64,000 nt of DNA, from positions 620,001 to 684,000 of the forward strand of contig LSRY02000038.1 in NCBI GenBank assembly GCA_001643675.2, read 5' to 3'. Both the position numbers and the translations under genes were made by a program. Below, in pieces: positions 12,988 through 26,142 of the stretch (positions are counted from its first letter, which is position 1; each line of letters starts with the position of its first letter). The DNA comes from Monocercomonoides exilis PA203 (taxonomy: Eukaryota; Protista; Preaxostyla). The notes beneath the pieces were generated by a model, which was not told the origin of the DNA, did no database searches, and saw only the letters and a list, made by a program, of their open reading frames with translations.

Positions 12988-14289
12988 ACATCAAATGCCA
13001 AAAAGGAGTTTTGCTGAGGAGAAAAAGCAAATCAGGCAAATGCACTTCTTGAAGAGAAAAGAATTCTAATTTTTCAATACAAAGCGAATTAAATTAAAAA
13101 ATGCAGGGAATGTTTATGTGCATATGCATGAATGATTCTGTTATTTGTCTTATTTTTCTGTTTTCTGTTTTCATTCGTGATGACTTTCAGGATTGTTAAA
13201 GAAGAAAGAACTGAAAAAGCAAAAAATCAAAAGGAATTGATGATTCAAAGCAAAATGCACTCAAACGGAATGAGGACATCGAAAACATGTTTCATTGCAA
13301 AATGAGTCAACAAGGAAAATTTGTCAAGTCCATCACCAACATCAAAAAATACAGGGTTCGACAGCTGGAGGAATAACAATAATGACTGATACTAACCTCA
13401 ATCTTTGGTGTTATTAGGCTTTATACAGAAAAGCAGTTTGGATTCAATTGCATGATGATTGGATTGAAAAGGCACAAAAGTCAGCTGTGCTCATGAGCTG
13501 AATCTGGATGAAAGCGAGCAAATAACATTATTTTCAATTAGTAAAAATACTTGAAGTTATAAATCAGAGAATTCAGCAACTGTTTTCAAAGAAAAAAGAG
13601 ACCTGAAGGGAATTTTGATTCATTGTCCGAGAAATCCTTTTGCACAAACGCAATCTTCATTCAGTCAATCAGAATCTCTTCGCAGAGCTTTGTTGCCATA
13701 TCTTGTCACAATGGATAATAAATGTGAATTCAAATTCAAATTAATGGACTAATCAATCCTCCATTTTCCCCATAAAAGCCGCACAATCATCAGTGAAAAC
13801 GCCCACCATTTCACTCAAAATTCATTTGATTCTATCAGAATGTAACATCAGCAGCATCTTTATATTCGATCCATTATCTGCCCCTCATATCATTCAACTT
13901 TTGAAGTTGTTAAATCTGCTGAAAAGAAACAACTTGCAGTCGCAGCTGTTGCTAATTCTGTATGCATCGATGATGATCATTTGAAGGATTTATATTCAAT
14001 TTCATCATCATCATCATCATCATCTTATTTTTCTTCTTCTTCTTCCACTCCGAACTTCAATGCATGATCAACAAATAAAATGATAATAACCTATTGCTTT
14101 ATATTGATTGATGGTGGTGATCTTTCTCGGTTGATTTGCCTTTATGATCCGAATGTGGTTGTTATGTTTTGTCACGTGCAGAGCTGCAGGCAGAAGCGGT
14201 TGGGTATTTGAAAAAGCTTCTTGTGGCTGGTGAATCTAGGCAGTTGTCTCTTTGATCAGCGTGTTTGGTATTCTTTATCAACTACACCA

Positions 14290-14840
14290 TTCCCGAGGTG
14301 GAGAAGCGAAGATAAGAAGGCGGCAGAAGATGATCATCTATCATAAGCACCATCGATTAACCCTGCAGATGCATCGGTGGTGGCAGCTTCAAACACGTCT
14401 ACAGCAGCGATGGACAACATCGAAAGGCGGCTACCGATTTTGGAGCCAGAGGCGGCTGTGGTGGATGAAAATCACAGATAGTTGCTTCTGAGGGAGCAAC
14501 AGACGCTTCGAGGGATGTGTTGTGGAGCGGTGTGCGATGCTGTAAAGGGGTGTTGTACGTGTGCGTATTATGTGGCACTTTCAGCGATGCTTTCTGTTCC
14601 GCTGGTAGTTCAACTTCCGTAACTTGCAGTATTGGTGGACACGAAGTCGGGGAGCAAGCGGATCTTTGCAGCGCCAGACGTGAATGCGTTCCCGTCAATC
14701 TACAACCTATTTGACGCGTTGTTGCAGATATAGCGATTGTCTCAGTTAAAATATTTGGTGGTGAAGCTGGACGACGAAATGATGTGGTGAGGGATTGCAG
14801 TGTGTGAAGCGAGAAAGATTGTGGAGAAGGTGCTGGAGGA
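14290..14840 (+). pseudogene. Second, more decayed copy of the 2013-3536 family
   Basis: Clear nucleotide similarity to the reverse complement of ~2900-3440, with frameshifts and stops. Confidence 0.7.
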
Positions 14841-15898
14841 AAAGAAGCTGAGAAAGAAGAAGCAGAAAAGAGAAGCAAAGAAAAAAAGAGAGAAGAGAAA
14901 AAAAGGAAAAGGAAAGTTTAAAAGTATTCAAAAAGTGGAAGCTGACTTGAGTAGATGATTGGAGAAGAAAAGGAAGATGATCAGAGGTGATTGAGCAACA
15001 TCTGGGCAGGAATTAAACTGAGGCAGAGGTTCCGAGGCAGGAAATGATATTTTTCCTTTATTTTCACAGCATACACTACAAAAATCCATTGAAAAGCCAA
15101 TTTTCCTCAGAGGAGTTAGAATTGTTGCATTCTTTGAAAACATCAAGTTCATCCTCACTTCTCCCTCATCATCGTAGACAGATCATTTTCACAGCCTCCT
15201 CCAATTTGTTCTCTTTGACTTTCTCAACTTCAAATCACAGAAATGCTCATTTGATTATCAAAATGCCAAAGTGAATTTTTGGTCACATTGGCAAATGATA
15301 AAAAAAAAAAAGAAAAGAAGATGATTTAAATTGAGATTTTCTTTGATGATAAAAAGAATTAAGCAAAAATTGGTGAATAATTTAGAAAAATAAAAAAATA
15401 ATAAAACTTTGAAACGAACAGCTTCAATTGTTCAACTGAAATGAAAAAACAATCGAAAACAAATCGAAAAGAGATCAAAATGAGATATCTTTGAAGCATG
15501 TCCAACCATCTGCCAATAGAGCAAAAGCAGCTTCAAAGAAAGAATGAACGAATGAAAAGTCATGTTTTTTTGTTATGTTGTGGAATTGTCTTTATTGGCA
15601 TGTTCTCAAATCTGTTCATTCAAGGCTTCACAAATAATATCTTCAGTGCAAATGAAACAAACCTTCTTGCCGAATTATCAGTCTTCTTCCATTTCTGGCG
15701 AAACAACTTCAACGCTTACCATCTCGCATCAATGTTTAACTGCAATGCATCTTTTCATTAATGATGACAATTGATCTCATTTCAATCAATAACTCTCATT
15801 ATTCCCTCCCTATTCTATCCTCATCGTTAAGTGTATTTTCTTTCCAGTTCTGTTCTGATGCTTCTGTAATATTTCTTTGATCAAATTCATTGTCTCTA

Positions 15899-16738
15899 TC
15901 ATTTCTTCATCGTCATCTGCTGTATCATTGGCTTCATCATCAATTTTATCGAGGCAACCGATTCGTCACACTTCATCCACTCTGGCACTTCACTTCCAAT
16001 ATATATTTTCCAATAATCTATAATCGTTTTCTCATCCTTATCTTTAAATTTATTGTTGTGCCTCATCCATTCTGGAGGTTCAGTTTCAGTGAATTGGATC
16101 CAGTGCATGGCCATTGTCCTTCCGTACTTATCTGTAATTGTAATTTCATGCTTCATCCACTCAGGCGGCTCTGTCTTTTTCTCAGAAATCCACTTCATCG
16201 CAAATGTCCTTCCATCCTTGTTGCCTTCCGCGTTATCCATTAACATCCACAATGGAGGTTTTGCTCGAACATTATCTATTCACAGAATCGCTGTTGTTTT
16301 CCCTTCCTTATTACCAAATTCGTGGCTAAGCCTCATCCACTTGGGAGGTTCTGTCTTCACATTCGCAATCCACAACACTGCCATTGTTCTCCCTTCCTTG
16401 TCATTAAGCCTTATATCGTGTCTCATCCATTCTGGTGGTTCTGTTTTCACTTTCTCAATCCACAACATGGCCATTGTTTTTCCAAGAATATCTGCAAGAA
16501 TATTACTGTGCCTCATCCAATTTGGTGGTTCTGTCTTCACATTTATAATCCACAGCATCGCCATTGTGCATCCGTTATAATCCGAGATCGAAGCTTCATG
16601 TCTTATTTCCCATGATGGAACTGATTTCTTCTCAGAAATCCATCTCATTGCTTTCGTTCTTCCAATCGCGTCCTTTTTCAATGCAAGACGCTGTAAACTA
16701 AGATTATAATGGATATGTTGTCTATTATCCACAGACAT
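15899..16738 (-). pseudogene. Tandem 30-aa repeat protein (ankyrin-like start, DxxGxTxAMxWIxxxKTEPPxWMRH), about 8 repeats, interrupted by one TGA
   Basis: ORFs 16280-16738 and 15899-16252 are in one frame. The TGA at 16280-16282 sits exactly at the conserved Trp of repeat 5. Confidence 0.75.
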
Positions 16739-17195
16739 TTCAATTAATGAATTCTATCTGCAATAGAAGTCGAGAAAATTAAAATTGTTCGAAAATGGTG
16801 TTTTCAGAATATATTATGTATTCGATCATAATTGAATAATATTTTTTTGAAGTTGGTTTTTTTTATCTGAAAAATTTTAAAAAAATATATTTTTATCATA
16901 TCATTTGTTAGTCATTCCAAAAATAATTTGTGAATCAAAATGAAAAGCGTAATTTTGAAAAATAACAAAATTGTGAATAATTAAGTAAGTTTTATTTTCT
17001 TCTTGTGCGGTTGTGTATTTTGTTTTGTATTAGCAACTCTCTGCAAAATCATTACCTCTAACATTCGCAACATTAATTTTCTCTGTTAAATTTCATCTGT
17101 TGTCTGTCTGATTGATTCACCCATTCACTTCCAGTGCGCCAAAAAGGCAGGAACTTCGCAATAGAGTCAGAAGATACCATGTGCTTGAACAAAAC

Positions 17196-17268
17196 ATCTT
17201 ATTAACACACACACACAGACAGACAGACAGACAGATATATACACACGCACAAATGGACGTGTAGAGAA

Positions 17269-17299
<31 letters not shown>

Positions 17300-17640
17300 A
17301 AGAGAAAGAGAAAGAAGAGAAAAAAGAAGGAGAAGAAGAAGAAGAAGAAGAAGAAAGGAAGAAAAAGAGGAAGCTGATGATCAGGAAGAAGAGGAAGAAG
17401 GAGGAGAAGGAGAAGGCGAAGAGGAAGAAGAAGAATCAATTGAAGAAGAAGAAGAGGAGGAGGAGAAGGAAGAAGAAGAAGAAGAAGAAGAAGAAGAAGA
17501 AGAAGAAGAAGAAGAAGAAGAAGAAGAAGAAGAAGAAGAAGAAGAAGAAGGATGAAGAGGAGAAGGAAAGAAATTTGAAGAAGAAGAAGAAGAAGGAAAT
17601 GAAGAAGAGGAAGAGGAAGAAGAATAAGGAGTAGTAGAAG
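17196..17640. repeat. Compound microsatellite: (CA)n/(CAGA)n, (GAGAAA)n and long (GAA)n
   Basis: Directly visible, including more than 25 consecutive GAA units around 17470-17550. Confidence 0.95.
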
Positions 17641-17899
17641 AATCGTATATTCTGAGTATGGAATCTCCACATTTGAGTTTTTTTCAGGCTAATTGGCGAG
17701 AATGCGAATTGAAGCTAATGGAACGATCTAGTGACGATAATAATAATAGTTGTCCGTGTGAAACAAAGCATTCTTCAGAAATGAACCATTCTAACAAATT
17801 GAAACTTCAAAATATCGTTTTTTTTTCTCATTTTTTTTAATTTTATTTATTCATTTTCAGAACAATGGTTTGTTGAAGCTCTACAAAATTCTTCACTGA

Positions 17900-19863
17900 T
17901 AGTTTAGTCTTCTTCTTCTTTTAATTTCTCTTTTTCCACGAAACATTTTGATGTCTCATCTGAATCCTTTCCTTATATATTCTGTGCATCAGCTTTCACT
18001 TAACAAATACATTTTCATGCTCCAAATGAACCATCTCCATTCCGTTTATTCTTTCTTTGTCCTCACTTCATTCTTCCTTTCTGCTTCCCTCTCTGCCCAA
18101 CTTCACTGTTTCTCATGAAACATCTCCATATTTTTTATCTCAAATTCCTTCGGGTTCTTTCTGATGTTATCATTCGCAATCTCTTCAAATTCTTCTGTTC
18201 TTCTTTATTGATTTCCCCATTGTCAGATCAAATCAATTGAGACAATCTGCACAATCAATTCCATTATCAAAATAAAGGCAATCTTGACACGCATTGAGCT
18301 TGCTTTGTTTCTTCCTTCAACAGTTTTCCATGCCCTTTTGCTTCAGTTTCGCTTTTATTCTTTGAAATGAATGAGCCGATTGGTAACCAAACATCTGCAC
18401 TTCCATTGATAAGTTCACTGACATCTCAACCTCTGCTGGTGCCTCTCGAAGAATGCTCCCTTGTATTTCCCCAAAGGACTCCTTTTCCGATGCAAGCCCT
18501 TTTGCATCAAACTCGTATCGATGCAACAATTCTACTGTTCCGACAATTGTTTGAAGCCGGAAAAACAGATTGCAGTCCAAAAGGGGCTCCACCTGGAATC
18601 TGATTGCGACCTCGCTCATTTGCTTCTGCTTCATTTCCCACCTCGTGGGCGGAATGGAGTGTGGGTATGAAGAAGGGAGACAGCCTGTGGTGGTGAATGC
18701 CTGCAAGCGTGCATCCGCTGTCCAGCATCCACAGAGAGGTGTTGTCTTTCGCGCCGTCTCCCCCTTTCAAGCTCGCCAGCGTCAGCGACGCCCCATCGGA
18801 GCAGGCGATGTTCCGGCGGGCAGACGGATAGCTGCTGGCCGAAGGGCTGCTGCGGGCGGAGGGGCTGTTCCCCACAAACTTTGCATCGTCCATGCGGACA
18901 GTGCCTCCCGAGACAGACAGCGCTCCATCCGATGCGTTTGCCACCGTGAGATCGCTGATGGCTGCTGTTGTGTTGCACAGATGGACCAGCGATGCATTCC
19001 ACGAGCAGATGCTGTCTGCGCTGTTTCCGTTTCCATTTGCACTTTCAGCTGTTCCTGAGGGTGCTCCCTCAAACACACACATGGCCAGCGAGAGATCTGC
19101 TGCATTGCTCACACTCACAACGCTCCCCTGCTGTGCTTGTTCATTTGCCTCGTTGTTAGAGGATGGGTCACATTCCAAGCAGGTAAAGTTGGACAGGGCT
19201 ATGCGTGCAGAGGGGGAAGACGCAGAAAACACACAAAGCCGAAGGAGGTACTGATACTGGTGCCGGAGCCTGTGTTTGTGCAGTTGCGGAAAGACGAGCC
19301 GGAAAAGGCAATGTCTCCTGTGGTAGTGGCGGGGAGGCAGAGGATGACGCCCTGCGAAAACACCAGATGCTCGGCTGCCACACTGTGTACCGAAGCGCTC
19401 TGGTACTGGCGGAACTCGAAGGCGCTGGCTGACAGCTGGAGGTGCTGGAGGTGCTGGAGGTTTATGTTTGAGAGGGCAACATGGTCGGCAGTGGAGAGGA
19501 GGAAAAACAGAAGAGAGAACGTGATGCGTTGGAAGGACAAGAAGTTGACATTCAGGTGGCCATTCTCGATGGCTAGCAAAGAGTAGTTGAGGAATGCTGG
19601 ATGCTCAGCTTGCTCTGTGGTTGACAAAATGGTAGAGGAAGCAAAATGAACAAAGAAGAGAAAAATGTGGCCATCGGTGTGGCGCACAACTGCGCTGCCT
19701 GTGTGCGAAAAGTACTGGTTGAAGAGGAAGTCGAGACGCTCAATCCGGACATTTGTGGATGTTGCGAAGATAACAGGGTAGCGCCGGATGAAGGAGTCAA
19801 AAAGGAAGAATGCAGAGTACGGGGTTCAGACAAGCAGATGCTCACGCTTGTTGCGCTGCACAT
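17900..19863 (-). pseudogene. Frameshifted relic of a large beta-helix-type type-I membrane protein family gene
   Basis: Fragments in several frames (ICSWNASLVHL...GALSVSGG...YPSARRNIAC...SLWMLDSGC...SPFFIPTL), followed by EEIANDNIRKNPKEFE-like cytoplasmic sequence. Motifs parallel the 38274 gene (CPW.SG, Y.DFKR.V.C, LWMDIGGC). Boundaries are approximate. Confidence 0.65.
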
Positions 19864-21099
19864 TTTTTGTGGTACTCTGGAAACTTCTTTGAATTAATTC
19901 CACTCAACTGCGACGCATTGCTAAGCTTTATTTTTCTCTCAGCTTTTTCCACTTGGGCTCTTTTATATTCTCAAATGGCTTGTTCCTTCTTGTTGAATGT
20001 TCTTTATCTTTAGGTGTTCCACATTCAAAATTAATTTTTGTAGCACAAAAATATTTCCTTCTGACAATTCAGAGATCGTTATAGATATGATTTGAAAAAG
20101 TTGACTCTATTGCAAATATATCAACTTTAAGGTGATTTTATAATAATTCCTGAAATAATAATACATTAATGAAAAAACAAATTACAGACTTCAATCTTAA
20201 TATTTTTTTTTGATTATTCGAACTATTTCGAGCAATATTTGTTTTTTCGAAACGTTATTATCCATTTTGAGCTCTGAATAATTCTGATTCAGTTTAAATT
20301 TAAATTGTAATCAGTATATTTATTATTTTGAAAAATAATCAAAGCAAAACTTGATGGTTTCATGAATTAACAATTGCAAAGTTGTTCAATCAAGAAAAAC
20401 ACATTTTTATTGAAAATTTGATATTAAAATTTTGATCAAAAAATATGATCCATAATTTTTTGATTCAAAAAATTTGTTTTGAAGAGGTTTGTAATGAACT
20501 TGCTAGCATTTTTGTGAAATATTGATTTTTTCATGAGAATTATGGAAACGGAGTGAAAAATAATTAACTTTCAAAGGTCAAATTTTTGATCTGCGGTGAC
20601 TTCTCATAAAAAAATACCCAAATGATTCAAATATTTATAGACAAATGAAGAAGAATATTTTTGGATGAAATGAATTTGGAAAAATCCTGTTGCAATAATG
20701 GATTGGCACATAATTCGAGAATTTGAAAAGAAGAAGATAATGGTTTCACACAACGAAGATTGAGGATTTGCAAATCAGAAATGCTGAGAGAAAGAATAAA
20801 AAAATAATAAAAGCTGGTGATGGTGAAGAGAAAAATGATAAATATGAATGAGAAGAAACATGTTGTTTTGATCTTGGATGGAAATGAAAATATCTCTTTT
20901 CTTTCTTTCTTTCTTTCTTTTTCATTTTCCACATCTTCATTTCTTCATTCGTCTGCCTCTTTTGAAACTCTAAATCTATTCAATTCCATTTTTGACTGTC
21001 ATCTCATATTCATTTTGTTAACATTCTATTCTGAGATTACGAAGCAAGAAATGCAATTGAAAAGAACATTTTTCTTCACAAATACACAATTTTCTCAGG

Positions 21100-22200
21100 G
21101 TAGAACATTCGCCACAAAGGACGAAAAGTCGAAATATCAGAATCATCAATTTCTCCAACTCAACAAGGTCTTTGATTCAAGCTTATCAATGAATCTTCAT
21201 ACACTTCTTCCCCCAACAAGTCGAATATTTTTCTCTTAATTTCTATTCGCTGTACTTCCTTGCTTCCATCTTTCATCTTGCTTTTCAACAATCTTTTTAT
21301 GAACCGGAAATTATTGAAATGTTCTTTGATATGAGAATCATTTTCGTATGGATGTGTAATTTCCTCCAAAAACGTATTAACAGCCCCACTTCTTAACAAA
21401 TAGTCCACATGCTTTGCTTTGCTTCCGGTAAAATTATTACAAAAGTTGATCCAATTGAATATTTTACTCTACAATCCTTCGATAACCAAAATGCTCCAGT
21501 CATGCTTCCAACAAGTCCAACAAATTCTTTATTCCACACCTGAGATGATTCCAAGCAATTGTTAATCACTTCTATCCATTTATTTATGGAACATACTTCT
21601 TTCTTTTCAATTGAATACGGAACAGACTCCACTTCTCTCTTCCAATCCACATTTCTTGTTAGCTCTTCCAGCTCTCTTGTTGCCTCTCTCGCAAAACACA
21701 AATCATTCACAATCTCTTCTTCCAAATACTCATCGTAAAATAATCGGTCTATCAAAAACTTCCAATCAGATCAGCAGGCAAGATGTATCTGGTTGTTGTG
21801 TCCTTTAGAAATTTGATTATTTCCGTCACTTCTTTCACTTGCAGTACTTTCTGAATTATCTTTTTGGAGTAGAAAAAATATAATTAAATCAGAATCGACA
21901 AAGATGAAATTCAAACAGTCCATAGCTCAATTTTGATCAACGTATCCAAAGCAATTTCAACTTAATTTGGTTCTTCTTCACTTTTCTTATTGTTCAATGC
22001 AGCGCTCAACAAGCATGATGTGGATACAAAATAAAATCCCAGAAGCGATCTGCTTTGACAAGTTATACGATTGACCTTGTTTATATCAAATGGCAGCATA
22101 ACATTCTTTTCGTTATCAAACTTCTCCTCTTCAAAATAAATCACTTCCTCCATTTTTTTCACGAACGAAGAACCATCGTTTCTTCAAGGAAGAATCAAAG
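21100..22200 (-). pseudogene. Decayed copy of the ~470-aa alpha-helical family
   Basis: Fragments CLLSAALNNKKSEE, FAREATRELEELTRNVDWKRE, LLRSGAV and LGEEVYED in shifting frames with stops. The 5' end is lost near the palindrome at 22266. Confidence 0.75.
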
Positions 22201-22265
22201 TTAAAAATGATTTGAGAAACATTCTTATTCTTGTAATTCAACTTTATTCTCGCAGAGGAAATTAA

Positions 22266-23355
22266 TTTTGATACATATTCTGAGGTTTTTCAATATTTGA
22301 GAAAGAATCAGGGTGATTTATAAACCCGAACATTTTTAATAACCCGGTTATTTTTTTTGTTCGTTGAAACAGAATAAATAGATTATAAAAATTAAAAAGG
22401 CAAACATTTATTTATATATTTAACTATTTTATGGCAGCACTAAAATTTTTTTGTTTCAATTTTAGTTTTTGATGAAGATCAAAGGAATTTTTAATTTATT
22501 TTTGATCATTTGTTTTGCTTGTTTTTGGGCAACTCTCTTTCTTTGTTTATTTTCAATTACAAGGTCATAAAACATACATAATGAAGTTTTATTATTCGAA
22601 ATGTTCTATGTTTTTATCTTTTTTTTCGAATGTTTTTCTCATTTCATCATTTTTGTCAAAAAATATGAAAAAGTGAAAATTTCTGAACTTTTATTTGATA
22701 TTGTGATATATACGTAACAATTTCATGTAAATATGATAAAATTGCATTGATACTCTTCATTATAAGTCATTTTAAATTAAATTGAAAACAAAATGAGCAT
22801 TTTTATCATTTTCAAAATTTGATTTGTACAATGAAAACAACAACATTTCACAAAGATTTTACAAGGTGATTGCTTAATGCAAACATTTTTCTTTTCATTC
22901 ACATCATTTTTATTATGAAAAAAATATTGAACAGCTCATAATTTTCACTTTTTCATATTTTTTGACAAAAATGATGAAATGAGAAAAACATTCGAAAAAA
23001 AAGATAAAAACATAGAACATTTCGAATAATAAAACTTCATTATGTATGTTTTATGACCTTGTAATTGAAAATAAACAAAGAAAGAGAGTTGCCCAAAAAC
23101 AAGCAAAACAAATGATCAAAAATAAATTAAAAATTCCTTTGATCTTCATCAAAAACTAAAATTGAAACAAAAAAATTTTAGTGCTGCCATAAAATAGTTA
23201 AATATATAAATAAATGTTTGCCTTTTTAATTTTTATAATCTATTTATTCTGTTTCAACGAACAAAAAAAATAACCGGGTTATTAAAAATGTTCGGGTTTA
23301 TAAATCACCCTGATTCTTTCTCAAATATTGAAAAACCTCAGAATATGAATCAAAA
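22266..23355. repeat. Long palindrome / foldback, ~415-bp near-perfect arms with a 260-bp spacer
   Basis: 22266-22680 is the reverse complement of 22941-23355. The arms contain a GGGTGATTT...CCGAACAT motif (22311 and 23310) resembling the pogo-like TIR. Confidence 0.92.
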
Positions 23356-23713
23356 ATTCAAAAACAAAGCATCCTTGTCTTTTTTTCATTGGAAATTATA
23401 TCCAATTGAATTATTAATATCCATGGGGATTAAAATGATTAATTTTCTTCAATCATTTTAACGAAATATCTTCAATCGGAATATTTATTGGTTTGATCAA
23501 ACTTTTCAAAAATCAATCTTTTCCGGTTTTATACATATTAGCTCGTTCGCTTCTTTTAGTTTTTCCAAACTCTGATTTTTGAACGATCAAAAAAGAATAG
23601 TGTACTATTTGTCTCTTTTTTACTTCATGAGATAATCAATGATATTTGTTTTCGTGTTATTTTTGAATTAACGAACTCTTTGATAGATCTTCAAATTTTA
23701 TATTTCACTGAGA

Positions 23714-25376
23714 ATGGAAATTGATTCAGTTGAAACGAAGATAGATGGAAGTGAACAGATGGATCTGAAAGAGAAGTTATTTCGTTTGTCTGCTTTTGTA
23801 TTGTTAGAATTTGAGTATTTAAGTTTGATATGCTTATAGGAGAATTGCTTGCAGAGCTTGAAAGATGCAACGAAGATGCACAGAAGCAGAAAATTGAAGA
23901 AATGAATGAAATAATTAATGGAATGAATAAGGAAGAATTCAGATCTGTTTTCACTGTTGAGCTGTTCAACAGAATAGATCAAATGATTGAAGAAAAGAAA
24001 TTGACTTTAGAAAATGCTATTTTGTTGACGAAGAACATCGGATATCATAATGTCATTGTTAATTTGTTTCAATTTGATTTCAATATGTCTTCGCTTCGTT
24101 TCAGAATTGAAAAGATGATTGCTGAAGAAGAGAAGAAGAAAGAAGGGGAAAATGAAAAGCTTCTTGTTGGTCTCTGCGAGTGCTATTTTATTCTAAGTTT
24201 CAACTTCACTTCGGAAATGCTTTCTATTTGTGTGCCTTGCCTTTTGAAAGCTGCATTGAACAAAGAAGAAAGCGAAGAAGCACGAAAAGAAGTGGAAATG
24301 GCTTTGCTAGCTTTGAGCAGCATGGGCGTGCGTCGTGTTTGAGTGTTTATATTACATTTATAATATCATTGAATTGCCTTCTTCTTTTTCTATTCTATTC
24401 TTTTCTTTTTTCTTTTTCTTTTTCTTTTCTTTTCTTTTCTTTTCTTTTCTTTTCTTTTCTTTTCTTTTCTTTTCTTTTCTTTTCTTTTCTTTTCTTTTCT
24501 TTTTTTTTCTTTTCTTTTCTTTTCTTTTCTTTTCTTTTTCTTTTCTTTTCTTTTTTTCTTTTTCTTTTCTTTTCTTTTCTTTTTTATTTATTTTGTTAGA
24601 TTGCTGAACAAGAGCTGTATTTTCAAGAAATAAAGGAAATCATCCAATATCACCAGGAGCATCGCAACTTGACACGACTTGCCTATCAGTCTGCGATGCA
24701 ATTTTTGATGTTCAGGATTTTTTATGAAAGAAGCTTGGAAGAAGTTTTTATGAATGAGTTGCATTTTGTGAGAGAGGCTGCAAGAGAATTGGACGAGCTA
24801 ACGAAATGTGTGGATTGGGAGAGAAAAGAAGGAGAGAATGAAATAAGAAGAAAAGATACGAAAGAAGAGCTTATCATATTGAGATGGATACGAACATTGA
24901 TTCGTTATTTTTCCAACTGCACAATGTGGAAAGAAGAATTTGCGGGGCTTATCAATAGCATAGTTCAGTTATTTCGAGCAGCAAAGGATAATCACAGGGA
25001 AATTGGCAGCCAATGCGTTAACATATTGCGAAGGGCAGTAGAATACAGAACTGTGGGGGTTGATGGCTTGCTGAAAGGCGGAGCAGTTGAAGCTGTTTTG
25101 GAGGAGATACAGCGACAAACAGTGGATGACGGAATGTTATTTGATTGCTTGCAATTCTTTTTGAATATTTCAAGAAGATTGAAAGAAAAGGAGAAAGATG
25201 AAAAGGAAGAAGATGAAAGAAAAGAGATGAAAAGGAAAGTGTTTGAAAAGCTGGAAGAAGAAGGATACGAAGACACCATCACAATTATTCATGAAATGTT
25301 TGATTTTCAAAACGGAAAAAAAAATTATAATGGCAAAATATCGTTGGACATTTCTGATTATTTTGTGAATGCTTGA
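23714..25376 (+). CDS. ~470-aa alpha-helical family member A (3 exons)
   Basis: ATG 23714 (MEIDSVETK...), a short intron to 23839, and intron 24337-24599 containing (TTTTC)n. The spliced frame is continuous to the TGA at 25376 and carries the family motifs. Confidence 0.82.
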
Positions 25377-26142
25377 GGAAATGAAACAGGCGATGCTTTG
25401 CAACTCGAAATTATAATTATTATTATTGTTTTATCATTTAGCAAAATCGAAAATAAACCTGACCTGGAGAATATCTTTTCAACACTTTTTTCATGACTGT
25501 CAAAAGAATATTAAAAAAAAACCTAAATTCATCACAGACCTTTCGATTTTCAGCTTTTACATAAATTGCAGTCAGAAGAATCCGATTGCCAATGCTTTGA
25601 TGAGTATCACAATATTATTAATTTGAGTTTTTCAATTGATTCTCCTTTCGTTTTTTGTTTTTTTTAATTCCCTTCCATTTCCTCCCTTTCATTTCACAGA
25701 ATCCATGTTTTTTAATTGAACATGTGCTTTTCAGATGATGAAAAAAAACTCTTTCAATGTGTGTCCAAAGAAGGAAAAATGAAAGGAATCATCATTCATT
25801 CTGAGGAAGATAAGCCTCCAGTTGAAGCACATATCAATCAATATGACTAATTCGCAAAGGAATTTGAAGTTGCGTTTTCCATTGTTTGCCCAGAGGAAGA
25901 AGAAGAAAAGAAAAGTGGGGATTGAAATAACAATGAATGCAAGCATAATTGTTATCAATTGATTCACCCTCTTTTTTGGAATCCTTCACTATTGTTATAA
26001 TAATCATTATTATTTTGAAAATTATAAACTGAAATGAAATTGCACTTTGGAAAAGAAAATCAATTTTTCTTGTTCCATAAAAAAAAAAGAATAAAAAAAT
26101 TTCTAGAAATAAAATGAAATGAAAATACAAAAAATGTTTAAT

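Noticed and set aside
17167-17672. Poly-Leu, poly-Lys and poly-Phe ORFs
   Set aside because: These are translations of the (GAA)n microsatellite. The same applies to FFSFL-type ORFs at 24180-24607, 26877-27371 and 61787-62038, and to antisense ORFs within 46-55 kb.
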